Assembly: GCA_902619265.1 (NCBI GenBank)
Contig: CACNDL010000003.1
Coordinates: 575-64,574 of the forward strand
Direction of reading: 5' to 3'
From: an uncultured SAR86 cluster bacterium
Lineage (GTDB): Bacteria; Pseudomonadota; Gammaproteobacteria; Magnimaribacterales; TMED112
Length of the DNA: 64,000 nucleotides
Part shown: in pieces, positions 20,274 through 29,029 of the stretch
Layout of the letters: each line of letters starts with the position of its first letter
Numbering within the stretch: the stretch's first letter is position 1
Program-made: the position numbers and the translations under genes
The notes under the pieces: model-generated
The model's database searches: none
Told to the model about the DNA's origin: nothing
The model's input: the letters and a program-made list of their open reading frames with translations, nothing else

Positions 20274-20602
20274 TGAGTCTCAAAGAAAGTAAATGCGAAG
20301 CCTGCACTATAGATGCTCCACTTGTCAGCGATCATGAAGCTATCCAACTATTGAAAGAACTAGATAATTGGAAAATTGAGCATAATGACAATATTAAACA
20401 ACTGGTTAAACAATTTAAATTTTCGAATTATGAAGATTCTGTGAGATTTTGTCAGAAAGTTGCTGATCTTGCCGAAAGTGAAGATCATCATCCTAAAATT
20501 ATTCTTGAGTATGGTTCAGTAGAGGTATTTTGGTGGTCACATAAAATAAAAGGTCTACATAAAAACGACTTTATCTGCGCGGCAAAGACTGATCAAATTT
20601 AA
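20273..20602 (+). CDS. phhB: Pterin-4-alpha-carbinolamine dehydratase
   Basis: 109 aa with an EDHHPKI..(Y)G.V motif typical of PCD/DCoH. The start overlaps the fumC stop (TAATG). Confidence 0.85.
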   Translation: MSLKESKCEACTIDAPLVSDHEAIQLLKELDNWKIEHNDNIKQLVKQFKFSNYEDSVRFCQKVADLAESEDHHPKIILEYGSVEVFWWSHKIKGLHKNDFICAAKTDQI

Positions 20603-20604
20603 CT

Positions 20605-21255
20605 ATGAGGTCTGTACTTGTTGTCTACTCTGGTGGTCTTGACTCATACACCTTATTAAACAAAGCCTTAGACAAATTTGAGCGAGTTGAAGCAATCACT
20701 TTTGATTATGGTCAAAAACATAGTAAAGAAATAACTTTTGCCTCTAAAGTATGCTCAGAAAATGCTATTACTCATGAAGTTGTGAACTTAGATCTAGAAA
20801 AGATCTTGTCAGGTTCAGCACTGGTTGGAACTTCAGAAATACCTGAAGGTAATTATGATAAGGAAAAGATGAAACAAACAGTTGTTCCTAATAGGAATAT
20901 GATTATGATTTCCGTTGCTGCATCTTTGGCAATTAAAAATAAATGTGAGTATTTATGGTATGCAGCACATTCTGGTGATCATGAAATTTATCCAGACTGT
21001 CGGCCAGAGTTCATTCAAAAATTAGGAGATGTTTTGTCTATATGTGACTATCACGAAATTAAATTTGAGGCACCCTTTATGAATTTATCGAAACAACAAA
21101 TTGTCGCTGAGGGTTTAAAAATGAATCTTGATTATGCAAATGCTTGGACTTGTTACGTTGGTGGAGAAAAACCATGCATGAAGTGCAGCGCCTGTCTTGA
21201 AAGAATGTCAGCTTTCACAGCAAATAATGCAATAGACCCACTCAATGAAATATAA
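20605..21255 (+). CDS. queC: 7-cyano-7-deazaguanine (preQ0) synthase
   Basis: PP-loop VVYSGGLDS and a C-terminal zinc Cys cluster (CYVGGEKPCMKCSACLER). Confidence 0.9.
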   Translation: MRSVLVVYSGGLDSYTLLNKALDKFERVEAITFDYGQKHSKEITFASKVCSENAITHEVVNLDLEKILSGSALVGTSEIPEGNYDKEKMKQTVVPNRNMIMISVAASLAIKNKCEYLWYAAHSGDHEIYPDCRPEFIQKLGDVLSICDYHEIKFEAPFMNLSKQQIVAEGLKMNLDYANAWTCYVGGEKPCMKCSACLERMSAFTANNAIDPLNEI

Positions 21256-21874
21256 GATTAAAGAAATTTATTTTACTCAACAGGGCGAAGGTAAAAATAC
21301 TGGTAAAGATTTTGTTTTTGTAAGATTTTCTGGTTGTAATCTCTGGAGCGGAAAAGAAAAACATCGTGCTTCTGCTGTATGTAAATTTTGTGATACTGAT
21401 TTCTACGGTACCGATGGTATAAACGGTGGAGTTTATGAAACAAAAGATCTGGTGACCAAAATTAAATCTTTATGGATATCTATGGATAGTGAAATTAGAG
21501 TGGTATTAACTGGAGGTGAGCCTTTATTGCAAGTTGACGATTCACTTATAACAGCTCTGAAAAAGGCAAATATTTACATTGCGATAGAAACAAATGGAAC
21601 TTTAAAAGCGCCAAAAGGTATAGATTGGATATGTATGAGCCCAAAAGCAAACACAGCCATTCAGTTGACTGAAGGATCAGAAATTAAAGTAATTTATCCC
21701 CAAGAAAACTTAAATCCTGCTGATTTCAATAATTTGAACTTTTCAAATTACTATATTCAACCTATGGATTCTGAGGACTATGAAATAAATGTTTCAAAAT
21801 CAGTTGAATTTTGTATGCAAAATGCAAACTGGAGGCTTAGCCTGCAAACTCATAAAATTCTTGGAATAAGATAA
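21245..21874 (+). CDS. queE: 7-carboxy-7-deazaguanine synthase (radical SAM)
   Basis: EIYFTQQGEG N-terminus. Radical-SAM cluster with extended spacing, C-x14-C-x2-C (CNLWSGKEKHRASAVCKFC). LTGGEPLLQ motif. Confidence 0.85.
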   Translation: MKYKIKEIYFTQQGEGKNTGKDFVFVRFSGCNLWSGKEKHRASAVCKFCDTDFYGTDGINGGVYETKDLVTKIKSLWISMDSEIRVVLTGGEPLLQVDDSLITALKKANIYIAIETNGTLKAPKGIDWICMSPKANTAIQLTEGSEIKVIYPQENLNPADFNNLNFSNYYIQPMDSEDYEINVSKSVEFCMQNANWRLSLQTHKILGIR

Positions 21875-22556
21875 AAGTACCAAAAGTTAAAACAATCCAG
21901 GAGCCAAAAGCATGTTGTTCTTTATATTTCTGGGAAATAATGATTTTTAAAAGCAGCAAACACGAGGAAATAGTTATTAAATAAAATATTTCTGGAAAAC
22001 CATAGTATAAAGATATTGAAATCAGCAAAATGATGTCACCCAAACCTAGGCCTTCGGTTTTTTTTATAAATAAATAGCCCCAGTATAGAATTAGTAAGAA
22101 TAATCCTACCAGTGCAGCACTAATTAAATTTTCGCCAACATTTGAATTCAAAGAAATCCATAGCAATAAATACATATTTAAGACAAGGGGTATCTCTTTA
22201 AATTTCTCATCTATGAGTGCGATTAACAAAAGGGCAGGGCATAAAAGGCCAATTGAGGTTAAATTGTTGAAGTAAAAGCAAACCATGAAGAAGCTTGCTA
22301 AACCAACTTCTGAAGTTAAATATTTATTACTTAAATTTTTGTTGCAGCAAGTTGATCTACCTCCTTGTGCTAAAAATGAAAAGATTGGGATAAGATTTTT
22401 GGCGCTTAATTGTTTTCCGCAATGGTCGCAAACCGATCTTAACTTTAGTCCATTTTTGGCTTTTCCATAATTGTCGTATTCGTGCATTAAGAAACTACCA
22501 AGTATGGCACCTAAGAAACCCACTATTAAATATGAGATTAGCGTTGTTTCGAACAT
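21837..22556 (-). CDS. pilD: Type IV prepilin peptidase (A24 family)
   Basis: Polytopic membrane protein. N-terminal Cys pairs CDHCGK...CCNK, and the second catalytic Asp in GLGLGDIILL. Confidence 0.7.
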   Translation of the reverse strand: MFETTLISYLIVGFLGAILGSFLMHEYDNYGKAKNGLKLRSVCDHCGKQLSAKNLIPIFSFLAQGGRSTCCNKNLSNKYLTSEVGLASFFMVCFYFNNLTSIGLLCPALLLIALIDEKFKEIPLVLNMYLLLWISLNSNVGENLISAALVGLFLLILYWGYLFIKKTEGLGLGDIILLISISLYYGFPEIFYLITISSCLLLLKIIISQKYKEQHAFGSWIVLTFGTFILFQEFYEFAG

Positions 22557-22557
22557 A

Positions 22558-22587
22558 TTGAGATCAAATATTGAGTTGTTATATACT
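22558..22587 (+). promoter_or_regulatory. Putative promoter of guaBA (TTGAGA-N18-TATACT), with the -10 ending 5 nt before the guaB ATG
   Basis: ttgaga 22558-22563, tatact 22582-22587, ATG 22593. The whole divergent spacer is only 36 nt. Confidence 0.35.
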
Positions 22588-22592
22588 ATATT

Positions 22593-24053
22593 ATGGAAAA
22601 GGTTCTTAAAGAAGCATTAACTTTTGACGATGTATTGGTTCAACCAATGCATTCAGAAGTTCTACCTAAAGAAGTATCGCTTCAAACAAAATTCACAAAA
22701 AATATAAGCATTAACATGCCTTTTTGCTCTGCTGCCATGGACACAGTAACAGAATCTAAGATGGCTATAGCGGTAGCATCTCTTGGTGGTATAGGGATTA
22801 TTCATAAAAATAATTCACCTGAAGAACAAGCGATACAAGTAAGGCAAGTAAAAAAATTCGAAAGCGGAATAGTCAGAGATCCTATAAGCATCAAATCTAC
22901 TAATACAATTGAAGAACTAAAACAATTAACATCAGAACTGAATATTTCTGGAATGCCTGTAGTAGATGACGATGAGCTAAAAGGTATCGTTACCGGCAGA
23001 GACTTTAGATATGCACGTAATCAAGAACAAACAGTTGCCGAGATTATGACGCCAAAAGACAAATTAATTACTGTCAAAGAGGGTGAGAACCAGGAAGTAG
23101 TTAAATCTTTAATGTATAAGCATCGTATAGAAAAAGTTTTGATTTTAGATAATAAAGACAAACTTGTTGGTTTAATCACTATGAAAGATATTGAAAAATC
23201 AATTGATTATCCTCTGGCTTCACGAGATATAGAGGGCAGATTGATAGTAGGTGCAGCTGTAGGAGTTGGTAAAGATTTAGCAAGCAGAGCAAAGAAATTA
23301 GCAGCTGCAGGAGTCGATGTCTTTGTTTTAGATAGTGCTCATGGTGACTCAAAAGGAGTTGTTGAAGCAGTTAAATTGATTAAAAAAGAATATCCGAGTA
23401 TTGATGTCGTTGCTGGAAATGTTGCAACTGCTGCCGGCGCCAAATCACTTATTAAAGCAGGAGCTGATGCCATAAAAGTAGGCGTTGGGCCGGGTTCTAT
23501 TTGTACTACTAGAATAATAGCCGGTGTAGGCGTTCCTCAGTTATCAGCAGTATTGGATGTTGTTTCGGTCGCTGGAGATATACCTGTTATTTCAGACGGT
23601 GGTGTTCGATTTTCAGGCGATATAGTAAAAGCTATCGGCGCAGGTGCTGATTCAGTAATGCTTGGAAGTGTTTTTGCTGGGACTGAAGAAGCGCCAGGAG
23701 AGGTTGAGTTATTTCAAGGTAGAAGTTTTAAAACCTACAGAGGAATGGGTTCTATAAGTGCAATGTCAAAAAGAACTGATGCCAACAGATATATGCAAGG
23801 AGAAGACATCGATACCGATAAATTAGTACCTGAAGGAATTGAGGGTAGAGTTCCATTTAGAGGTTGGTTGAAAGATGTAGTCTTCCAACTTGAGGGTGGT
23901 TTGAGACAAGGTATGGGTTATACAGGATCGAAGAATATAAAAGAACTAAAATCAAAAGTGCAATTTCAAAAAATTACCAGATCTGGTGTAATTGAAAGCC
24001 ACGTGCACGATGTAAGTATTACGAAAGAAGCACCAAATTACAGAGCTGATTAA
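22593..24053 (+). CDS. guaB: IMP dehydrogenase
   Basis: [11 protein letters not shown]-terminus, tandem CBS insert, catalytic loop [11 protein letters not shown]. Confidence 0.97.
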   Translation: MEKVLKEALTFDDVLVQPMHSEVLPKEVSLQTKFTKNISINMPFCSAAMDTVTESKMAIAVASLGGIGIIHKNNSPEEQAIQVRQVKKFESGIVRDPISIKSTNTIEELKQLTSELNISGMPVVDDDELKGIVTGRDFRYARNQEQTVAEIMTPKDKLITVKEGENQEVVKSLMYKHRIEKVLILDNKDKLVGLITMKDIEKSIDYPLASRDIEGRLIVGAAVGVGKDLASRAKKLAAAGVDVFVLDSAHGDSKGVVEAVKLIKKEYPSIDVVAGNVATAAGAKSLIKAGADAIKVGVGPGSICTTRIIAGVGVPQLSAVLDVVSVAGDIPVISDGGVRFSGDIVKAIGAGADSVMLGSVFAGTEEAPGEVELFQGRSFKTYRGMGSISAMSKRTDANRYMQGEDIDTDKLVPEGIEGRVPFRGWLKDVVFQLEGGLRQGMGYTGSKNIKELKSKVQFQKITRSGVIESHVHDVSITKEAPNYRAD

Positions 24054-25576
24054 TGGAAAAAATCTTAGTAATAGATTTTGGATCGCAGTACACTCAACTA
24101 ATTGCAAGAAGATTAAGAGAGCTTTCTGTTTATTCTGAAGTATGCCCTTGGGATGAAATCCCAAGTTTAAGTGATGTAAAAGGATTTATTTTATCTGGTG
24201 GACCAGAATCATCAAATATTGAAGGTAATCCTTCTATTCATCAGCACATTTTCGACACTAAAAAACCTATTTTAGGTATATGTTATGGCATGCAAGTTTT
24301 AGCGCATCAAGAAGAAGGAAAAATTATTAATGAGGGTAAAAAAGAATTTGGTTACGCCAAAATTGATATAAAACGAGACTCATTTTTATTAAAAAATATT
24401 GATAAGTCTTCGGATGTTTGGATGTCGCACGGCGATAAAGTTGAATCATTGCCTGATGGGTATAACATTACAGCTGTTTCAAACAATTCACCCATAGCGG
24501 CGTATGAAAACATTTCAAAAAAATATTTTGGCTTACAATTTCACCCAGAAGTTACACATACTGTGAATGGCACCAAGATTATTAAAAATTTTCTTGAGAT
24601 CTGCGGCATTGAACAGAATTGGAGTTCTGATGACATTCTTCAACAAATAAATACTCTCGTAGAAACAGAAGTAAAGGATGGGGAAGTGCTATTAGCTCTA
24701 AGCGGTGGCGTTGATTCAACGGTATTAGCCGCAGTATTACACAAAACTCTTGGTAATAGATTGACATGTGTCATGGTTGATCATGGCTTACTGAGAAAAG
24801 ATGAAGCTATAAATGTAGTTAACAATCTCAAAGAAAAAATTGGTCTTTCAGTCAATTTAGTCAACGCTCAAGATACATTTCTTTCCAAACTTAAGGGTAT
24901 TACAGATCCAGAACAAAAAAGAAAGATTATAGGAAATACCTTCATAGAGGTCTTTGAAAGAGAAAGTAAAAAATTAAACGGTATAAAATGGTTAGCCCAG
25001 GGCACAATATATCCTGATGTAATTGAATCAGCTGGCAACTCAAAAACTAAGGCAAAAGTCATTAAGTCTCATCACAACGTAGGTGGTTTACCAGAACGAA
25101 TGCAGCTTAAACTATTAGAACCATTTCGCATGCTTTTCAAAGATGAGGTAAGGAAGATTGGTAGAGCCATAGGTTTGCCTGCTGAGATAGTTGAGAGGCA
25201 CCCGTTTCCAGGACCTGGATTAGGAATTCGTATTATCGGCGAGGTGAATAAAGATCGCTTGGATAAACTGAGAGAAGCTGACCACATCTTCTTATCTGAG
25301 TTAAAAAAACACGACTTATATTACTCTGCTAGCCAAGCCTATGCATTTTATTTACCTATAAAATCTGTTGGTGTGGTGGGAGATAACAGAATCTATGCTG
25401 ATGTTATTGGATTGAGATCAGTGAATACTACAGATTTTATGACAGCTACAGCTTCAGCTTTACCTAATGATTTTATTGAACATGTTTCAACAAGAATCGT
25501 TAATGAAATAGATGGTATCAGTAGAGTTATATACGATATTACTTCAAAGCCACCTGCAACTATTGAATGGGAATAA
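24053..25576 (+). CDS. guaA: GMP synthase (glutamine-hydrolysing)
   Basis: GATase domain (ILGICYGMQ), PP-loop ALSGGVDS and the conserved C-terminus PPATIEWE. Confidence 0.97.
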   Translation: MEKILVIDFGSQYTQLIARRLRELSVYSEVCPWDEIPSLSDVKGFILSGGPESSNIEGNPSIHQHIFDTKKPILGICYGMQVLAHQEEGKIINEGKKEFGYAKIDIKRDSFLLKNIDKSSDVWMSHGDKVESLPDGYNITAVSNNSPIAAYENISKKYFGLQFHPEVTHTVNGTKIIKNFLEICGIEQNWSSDDILQQINTLVETEVKDGEVLLALSGGVDSTVLAAVLHKTLGNRLTCVMVDHGLLRKDEAINVVNNLKEKIGLSVNLVNAQDTFLSKLKGITDPEQKRKIIGNTFIEVFERESKKLNGIKWLAQGTIYPDVIESAGNSKTKAKVIKSHHNVGGLPERMQLKLLEPFRMLFKDEVRKIGRAIGLPAEIVERHPFPGPGLGIRIIGEVNKDRLDKLREADHIFLSELKKHDLYYSASQAYAFYLPIKSVGVVGDNRIYADVIGLRSVNTTDFMTATASALPNDFIEHVSTRIVNEIDGISRVIYDITSKPPATIEWE

Positions 25577-25582
25577 AATAAT

Positions 25583-27463
25583 ATGAAATATAGACCAGAA
25601 ATTGATGGGCTTAGAGCATTAGCAGTAATCCCAGTAATCTTTTTTCATGCAGGCTTTGAGTGGTTTAAGGGTGGCTTTGTAGGTGTAGATATATTCTTTG
25701 TAATTAGTGGTTATTTAATTACAACAATCATTATTAATGAGATGGCCAATGGCAAATTTAGCATAGTTAATTTTTATGAAAGACGTGCACGACGAATATT
25801 GCCCGCTCTATTCCTTGTAATGGCAGCATGCATTCCTCCAGCTTTACTTTTATTGTCTCCTAGTGATTTAAAAGATTTTGGTGAGAGCCTAATATCAACC
25901 TCAACTTTTAGTTCTAATATATTATTTTGGTGGGAAAGAGGATATTTTGGAACGGCATTAGAGCTTAAACCTTTATTGCATACATGGAGTTTAGCTGTAG
26001 AAGAGCAGTATTACATTCTTTTTCCATTATTTTTAATGGCTACATGGAGATTAGGGTTAAAAAAAATAACGTTTTTATTAATAATTATTTTTATTATTAG
26101 TCTAGCCATTGCACATTATGCATCTGTATATGGGGTCTACAGTAGAATTATAACTGGCTCTTTTTACTTGATACCTACAAGAGCATGGGAATTATTGCTA
26201 GGTGTTTTCGCAGCATTTTATTTAAATAATTCTAGATCTAGAAAACTCCCCCATCATTTTAATCAAGCACTCAGTTTGTTAGGAATTAGTATGGTGACAT
26301 TTTCTATAATTGTTTTTGATGAAAAAACCCCATTCCCTAGTTTATATACTCTGGTTCCAACTTTAGGTACGTTATTATTAATTTTAACAGCCGTTCCAAA
26401 AACCCTCGTTTTTAAAATATTAAGTTGGAGGGTATTAGTTTTTCTTGGTCTGCTCTCATATAGCGCATACCTTTGGCACCAACCAATTTTTTCTTTTGCG
26501 AGACATAAGTTTTCAGACGGCCTTACAGATATATCATTTGCTATTTTAAGTATTTTTTCTGTTTTTTTAGCTTATATAAGTTGGAAGTGGATCGAGTCGC
26601 CATTTAGAGATAAAAAAAGAATCTCACGTAGCCGAATTTTTAATTTATCTGGAATAGGAATAATTGCCTTTGTTTTTGTTGGCACCATATTTTCTTACAC
26701 AGATGGTTTCATAAAGAATTACAATAAAATCGATCAAAAAGTTTATAAGGAGTTTATTGACCTAGGCAAATATAATTCAATTAATATGTCAGATGCATAT
26801 TTGAAAGTATTTGATAAAGACGATGATCGAAAAAAATTACTTGTTATTGGGGATAGTTATGCTGAAGATTTAGTCAATGCTATTAAAGAATCGAAAATTG
26901 ATAATCAATATCAACTAGCTACCTACAGGATACCAGCAAATTGTGGTGTTCTCTTTATAGAGAAAGACAGATTGGAAAAATTTCAGCCAGAATCCTGTAA
27001 TTCTAGACCAAATTTTTTTAATAATTCAAAAATAATTGATTTTATAAAAAATGCGGACGAGGTGTGGATTCAATCTAGTTGGCTTGGATGGCACTTAGAA
27101 TTTTTGTCAGAAAGTCTAGAGCGTTTAAAAGTATTAAATGATCAGATCATAGTTTTTGGCTCAAAAGAATTTGATATTAAAAATGCATCACATTATAAAA
27201 ATAAATATGGATCTAAAGGATTACAACAAGAATTTCAAATATCAAGTAACCAAAAGTTTTTGAGATCAAAAATTCAAAATATTTCAGCTGAAGTACAAAT
27301 TAAATATATTGACCCAATGCTTTTAATTTGTGGGTCTGAAGTCTTTTGTAAGCATTCTTTTGATGGAAAAGGAATAATATCAGTTGACGGAGGACACTTA
27401 ACTAAATATGGAGCTATTCATTTCGGAAAAAAATTGTACGAGTATCTCTATATTAAAGAGTGA
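25583..27463 (+). CDS. Acyltransferase family 3 membrane protein with C-terminal SGNH-like domain (OafA/OatA-type O-acetyltransferase)
   Basis: MKYRPEIDGLRALAVIPVIFFH start, about 10 TM segments, then a soluble domain with GDSYAEDL (GDS motif). Confidence 0.8.
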   Translation: MKYRPEIDGLRALAVIPVIFFHAGFEWFKGGFVGVDIFFVISGYLITTIIINEMANGKFSIVNFYERRARRILPALFLVMAACIPPALLLLSPSDLKDFGESLISTSTFSSNILFWWERGYFGTALELKPLLHTWSLAVEEQYYILFPLFLMATWRLGLKKITFLLIIIFIISLAIAHYASVYGVYSRIITGSFYLIPTRAWELLLGVFAAFYLNNSRSRKLPHHFNQALSLLGISMVTFSIIVFDEKTPFPSLYTLVPTLGTLLLILTAVPKTLVFKILSWRVLVFLGLLSYSAYLWHQPIFSFARHKFSDGLTDISFAILSIFSVFLAYISWKWIESPFRDKKRISRSRIFNLSGIGIIAFVFVGTIFSYTDGFIKNYNKIDQKVYKEFIDLGKYNSINMSDAYLKVFDKDDDRKKLLVIGDSYAEDLVNAIKESKIDNQYQLATYRIPANCGVLFIEKDRLEKFQPESCNSRPNFFNNSKIIDFIKNADEVWIQSSWLGWHLEFLSESLERLKVLNDQIIVFGSKEFDIKNASHYKNKYGSKGLQQEFQISSNQKFLRSKIQNISAEVQIKYIDPMLLICGSEVFCKHSFDGKGIISVDGGHLTKYGAIHFGKKLYEYLYIKE

Positions 27464-27512
27464 TGTAAAAGGTATAGAGTAAATTATCTATTCTTTTCAA
27501 TATTTTTTATAC

Positions 27513-28133
27513 ATGCAAAAACCTACAAAAATTTTTAGTAAATGGGCTGAACAAGGTAAAGATATAGGTATGGAAAAGGGGCATGCAACAGCGGTTAAGG
27601 AAATGCTTGACTATGCCATTCAAAATAGAACTAATAAAGAAAAGGAATTCAGTTTCTTAGATTTGGGTTGTGGCAATGGTTGGGTTGTGAGGAATATTTC
27701 CAAAAATCCTTTTTGTGGTGAAGCATTTGGCATTGATGGTGCTGCTCAAATGATAAGAAACGCTAAAAAAATCGGAGGTCAGGTTAATTATATATTTGCA
27801 GACATCAATCATTATATTCCCTCTAGAAAGTTTGATCTAATTCATTCTATGGAAGTCTTATATTATTTAGAAGATCCAGCTGAAAAAGTGAAAAACTTGT
27901 ACGATGATTGGCTTGAAGAGGAGGGTAGGCTCATTGTTGGTATTGATCATTATTTTGAGAATTTAGATTCTCATTTATGGGAAGAAAAAGTTGGTACTCG
28001 AATGCTAATGCTTAAAGAAGCAGAATGGATCGAAATTTTTAATGAATCTGGGCTGAATGAGGTTAAAAGTTGGCGAGCTAATCCTTCTAAAGATTGGCCT
28101 GGCACTTTGGTCTTGACAGGAAAGAAAGGTTAA
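27513..28133 (+). CDS. Class I SAM-dependent methyltransferase
   Basis: Motif I FLDLGCGNGW and post-I/II acidic residues (GIDGA, FADIN). 206 aa. Confidence 0.75.
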   Translation: MQKPTKIFSKWAEQGKDIGMEKGHATAVKEMLDYAIQNRTNKEKEFSFLDLGCGNGWVVRNISKNPFCGEAFGIDGAAQMIRNAKKIGGQVNYIFADINHYIPSRKFDLIHSMEVLYYLEDPAEKVKNLYDDWLEEEGRLIVGIDHYFENLDSHLWEEKVGTRMLMLKEAEWIEIFNESGLNEVKSWRANPSKDWPGTLVLTGKKG

Positions 28134-28144
28134 AATTAAAAATA

Positions 28145-28642
28145 ATGGAACCAGATTTTAGGGCCTTACAAGTTATAGCAGAAGTGTCTTTAGGATTAGT
28201 GGGTTTTTCTGCAATTATTATTGCACTTAGTAGATCAAAAGAAGGATTTTCCGACCCAGATAATTTTAGAGTTCAATTATTGAATTTTGCTGCTTTTGGT
28301 GCCATGTTTAACGCTTTAATACCATTTGCCATTTTTGGTAGTGAAAGTTTAGAAATTAGTTGGAAGTTTACTGGAGGGGTGCTTTGCCTCTATTCAGCAG
28401 TTGGCCTAATGGTTTTTCCAAGAAAAGTTTTTGAATTAAGAAGACGAGGCTACGCAACTATCTTTCCAATCCCTCTTATCGCTACCCAAATGGGAGTGTT
28501 TATTGCTAACTTCGTGCTATCGGGGGCTATAGTTTTAGATTTAGTAGATTCCAAAAATAATGTGTATTTGTTATGTTTAATTCTTTTCATTGTGCAAAGT
28601 ACAGTCGCATTCATAAGAACAATGTTTGTAAGGGTAGAGTAA
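28145..28642 (+). CDS. Hypothetical integral membrane protein (about 5 TM segments)
   Basis: Hydrophobic ORF with no motif I recognise. Start set at ATG 28145 rather than the overlapping ORF-track start at 28094. Confidence 0.4.
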   Translation: MEPDFRALQVIAEVSLGLVGFSAIIIALSRSKEGFSDPDNFRVQLLNFAAFGAMFNALIPFAIFGSESLEISWKFTGGVLCLYSAVGLMVFPRKVFELRRRGYATIFPIPLIATQMGVFIANFVLSGAIVLDLVDSKNNVYLLCLILFIVQSTVAFIRTMFVRVE

Positions 28643-28648
28643 AGAATA

Positions 28649-29029
28649 TTAAGACTTCTTAGACAGCACTAGTAAGCCTGCTATGATACCTAAATTTTTA
28701 ACAAAGTTTTGCGTCTCATGTCCTTGATCTGGGCTCCCTGTCATATTCCAAAAATCGTGAATATAAAAATTAATTAATAGCGTGGCAACAACTAATACTA
28801 ACGAGCCTACTTGGATATATTTTCCAAACATCAGCAATGTTCCAAAGAAGATTTGAGCAACCGCAATTAGGCCTAATGAAACAACAGGAAAAGGCACCTC
28901 CCTTTCTACTACAATAACAAGGTTCTCTTGAAATAAAAAAACTTTTGCTAGACCAGGCAAGAGAAAATACAGACCTAACAATAATCTACCTAATGGATAT
29001 AGATACTTGTTAGATATATTTTCTGTCAT
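28649..29029 (-). CDS. DoxX-family membrane protein
   Basis: 126 aa, 4 TM segments. LLGRLLLGLYFLLPGLAKV N-terminal pattern typical of DoxX. The ATG overlaps the upstream gene's TAA (TAATG). Confidence 0.7.
   Translation of the reverse strand: MTENISNKYLYPLGRLLLGLYFLLPGLAKVFLFQENLVIVVEREVPFPVVSLGLIAVAQIFFGTLLMFGKYIQVGSLVLVVATLLINFYIHDFWNMTGSPDQGHETQNFVKNLGIIAGLLVLSKKS

Noticed and set aside
20603-20604. preQ1 riboswitch upstream of queC
   Set aside because: queC follows phhB after only 2 nt and the string starts with fumC, so there is no untranslated leader that could hold a riboswitch.
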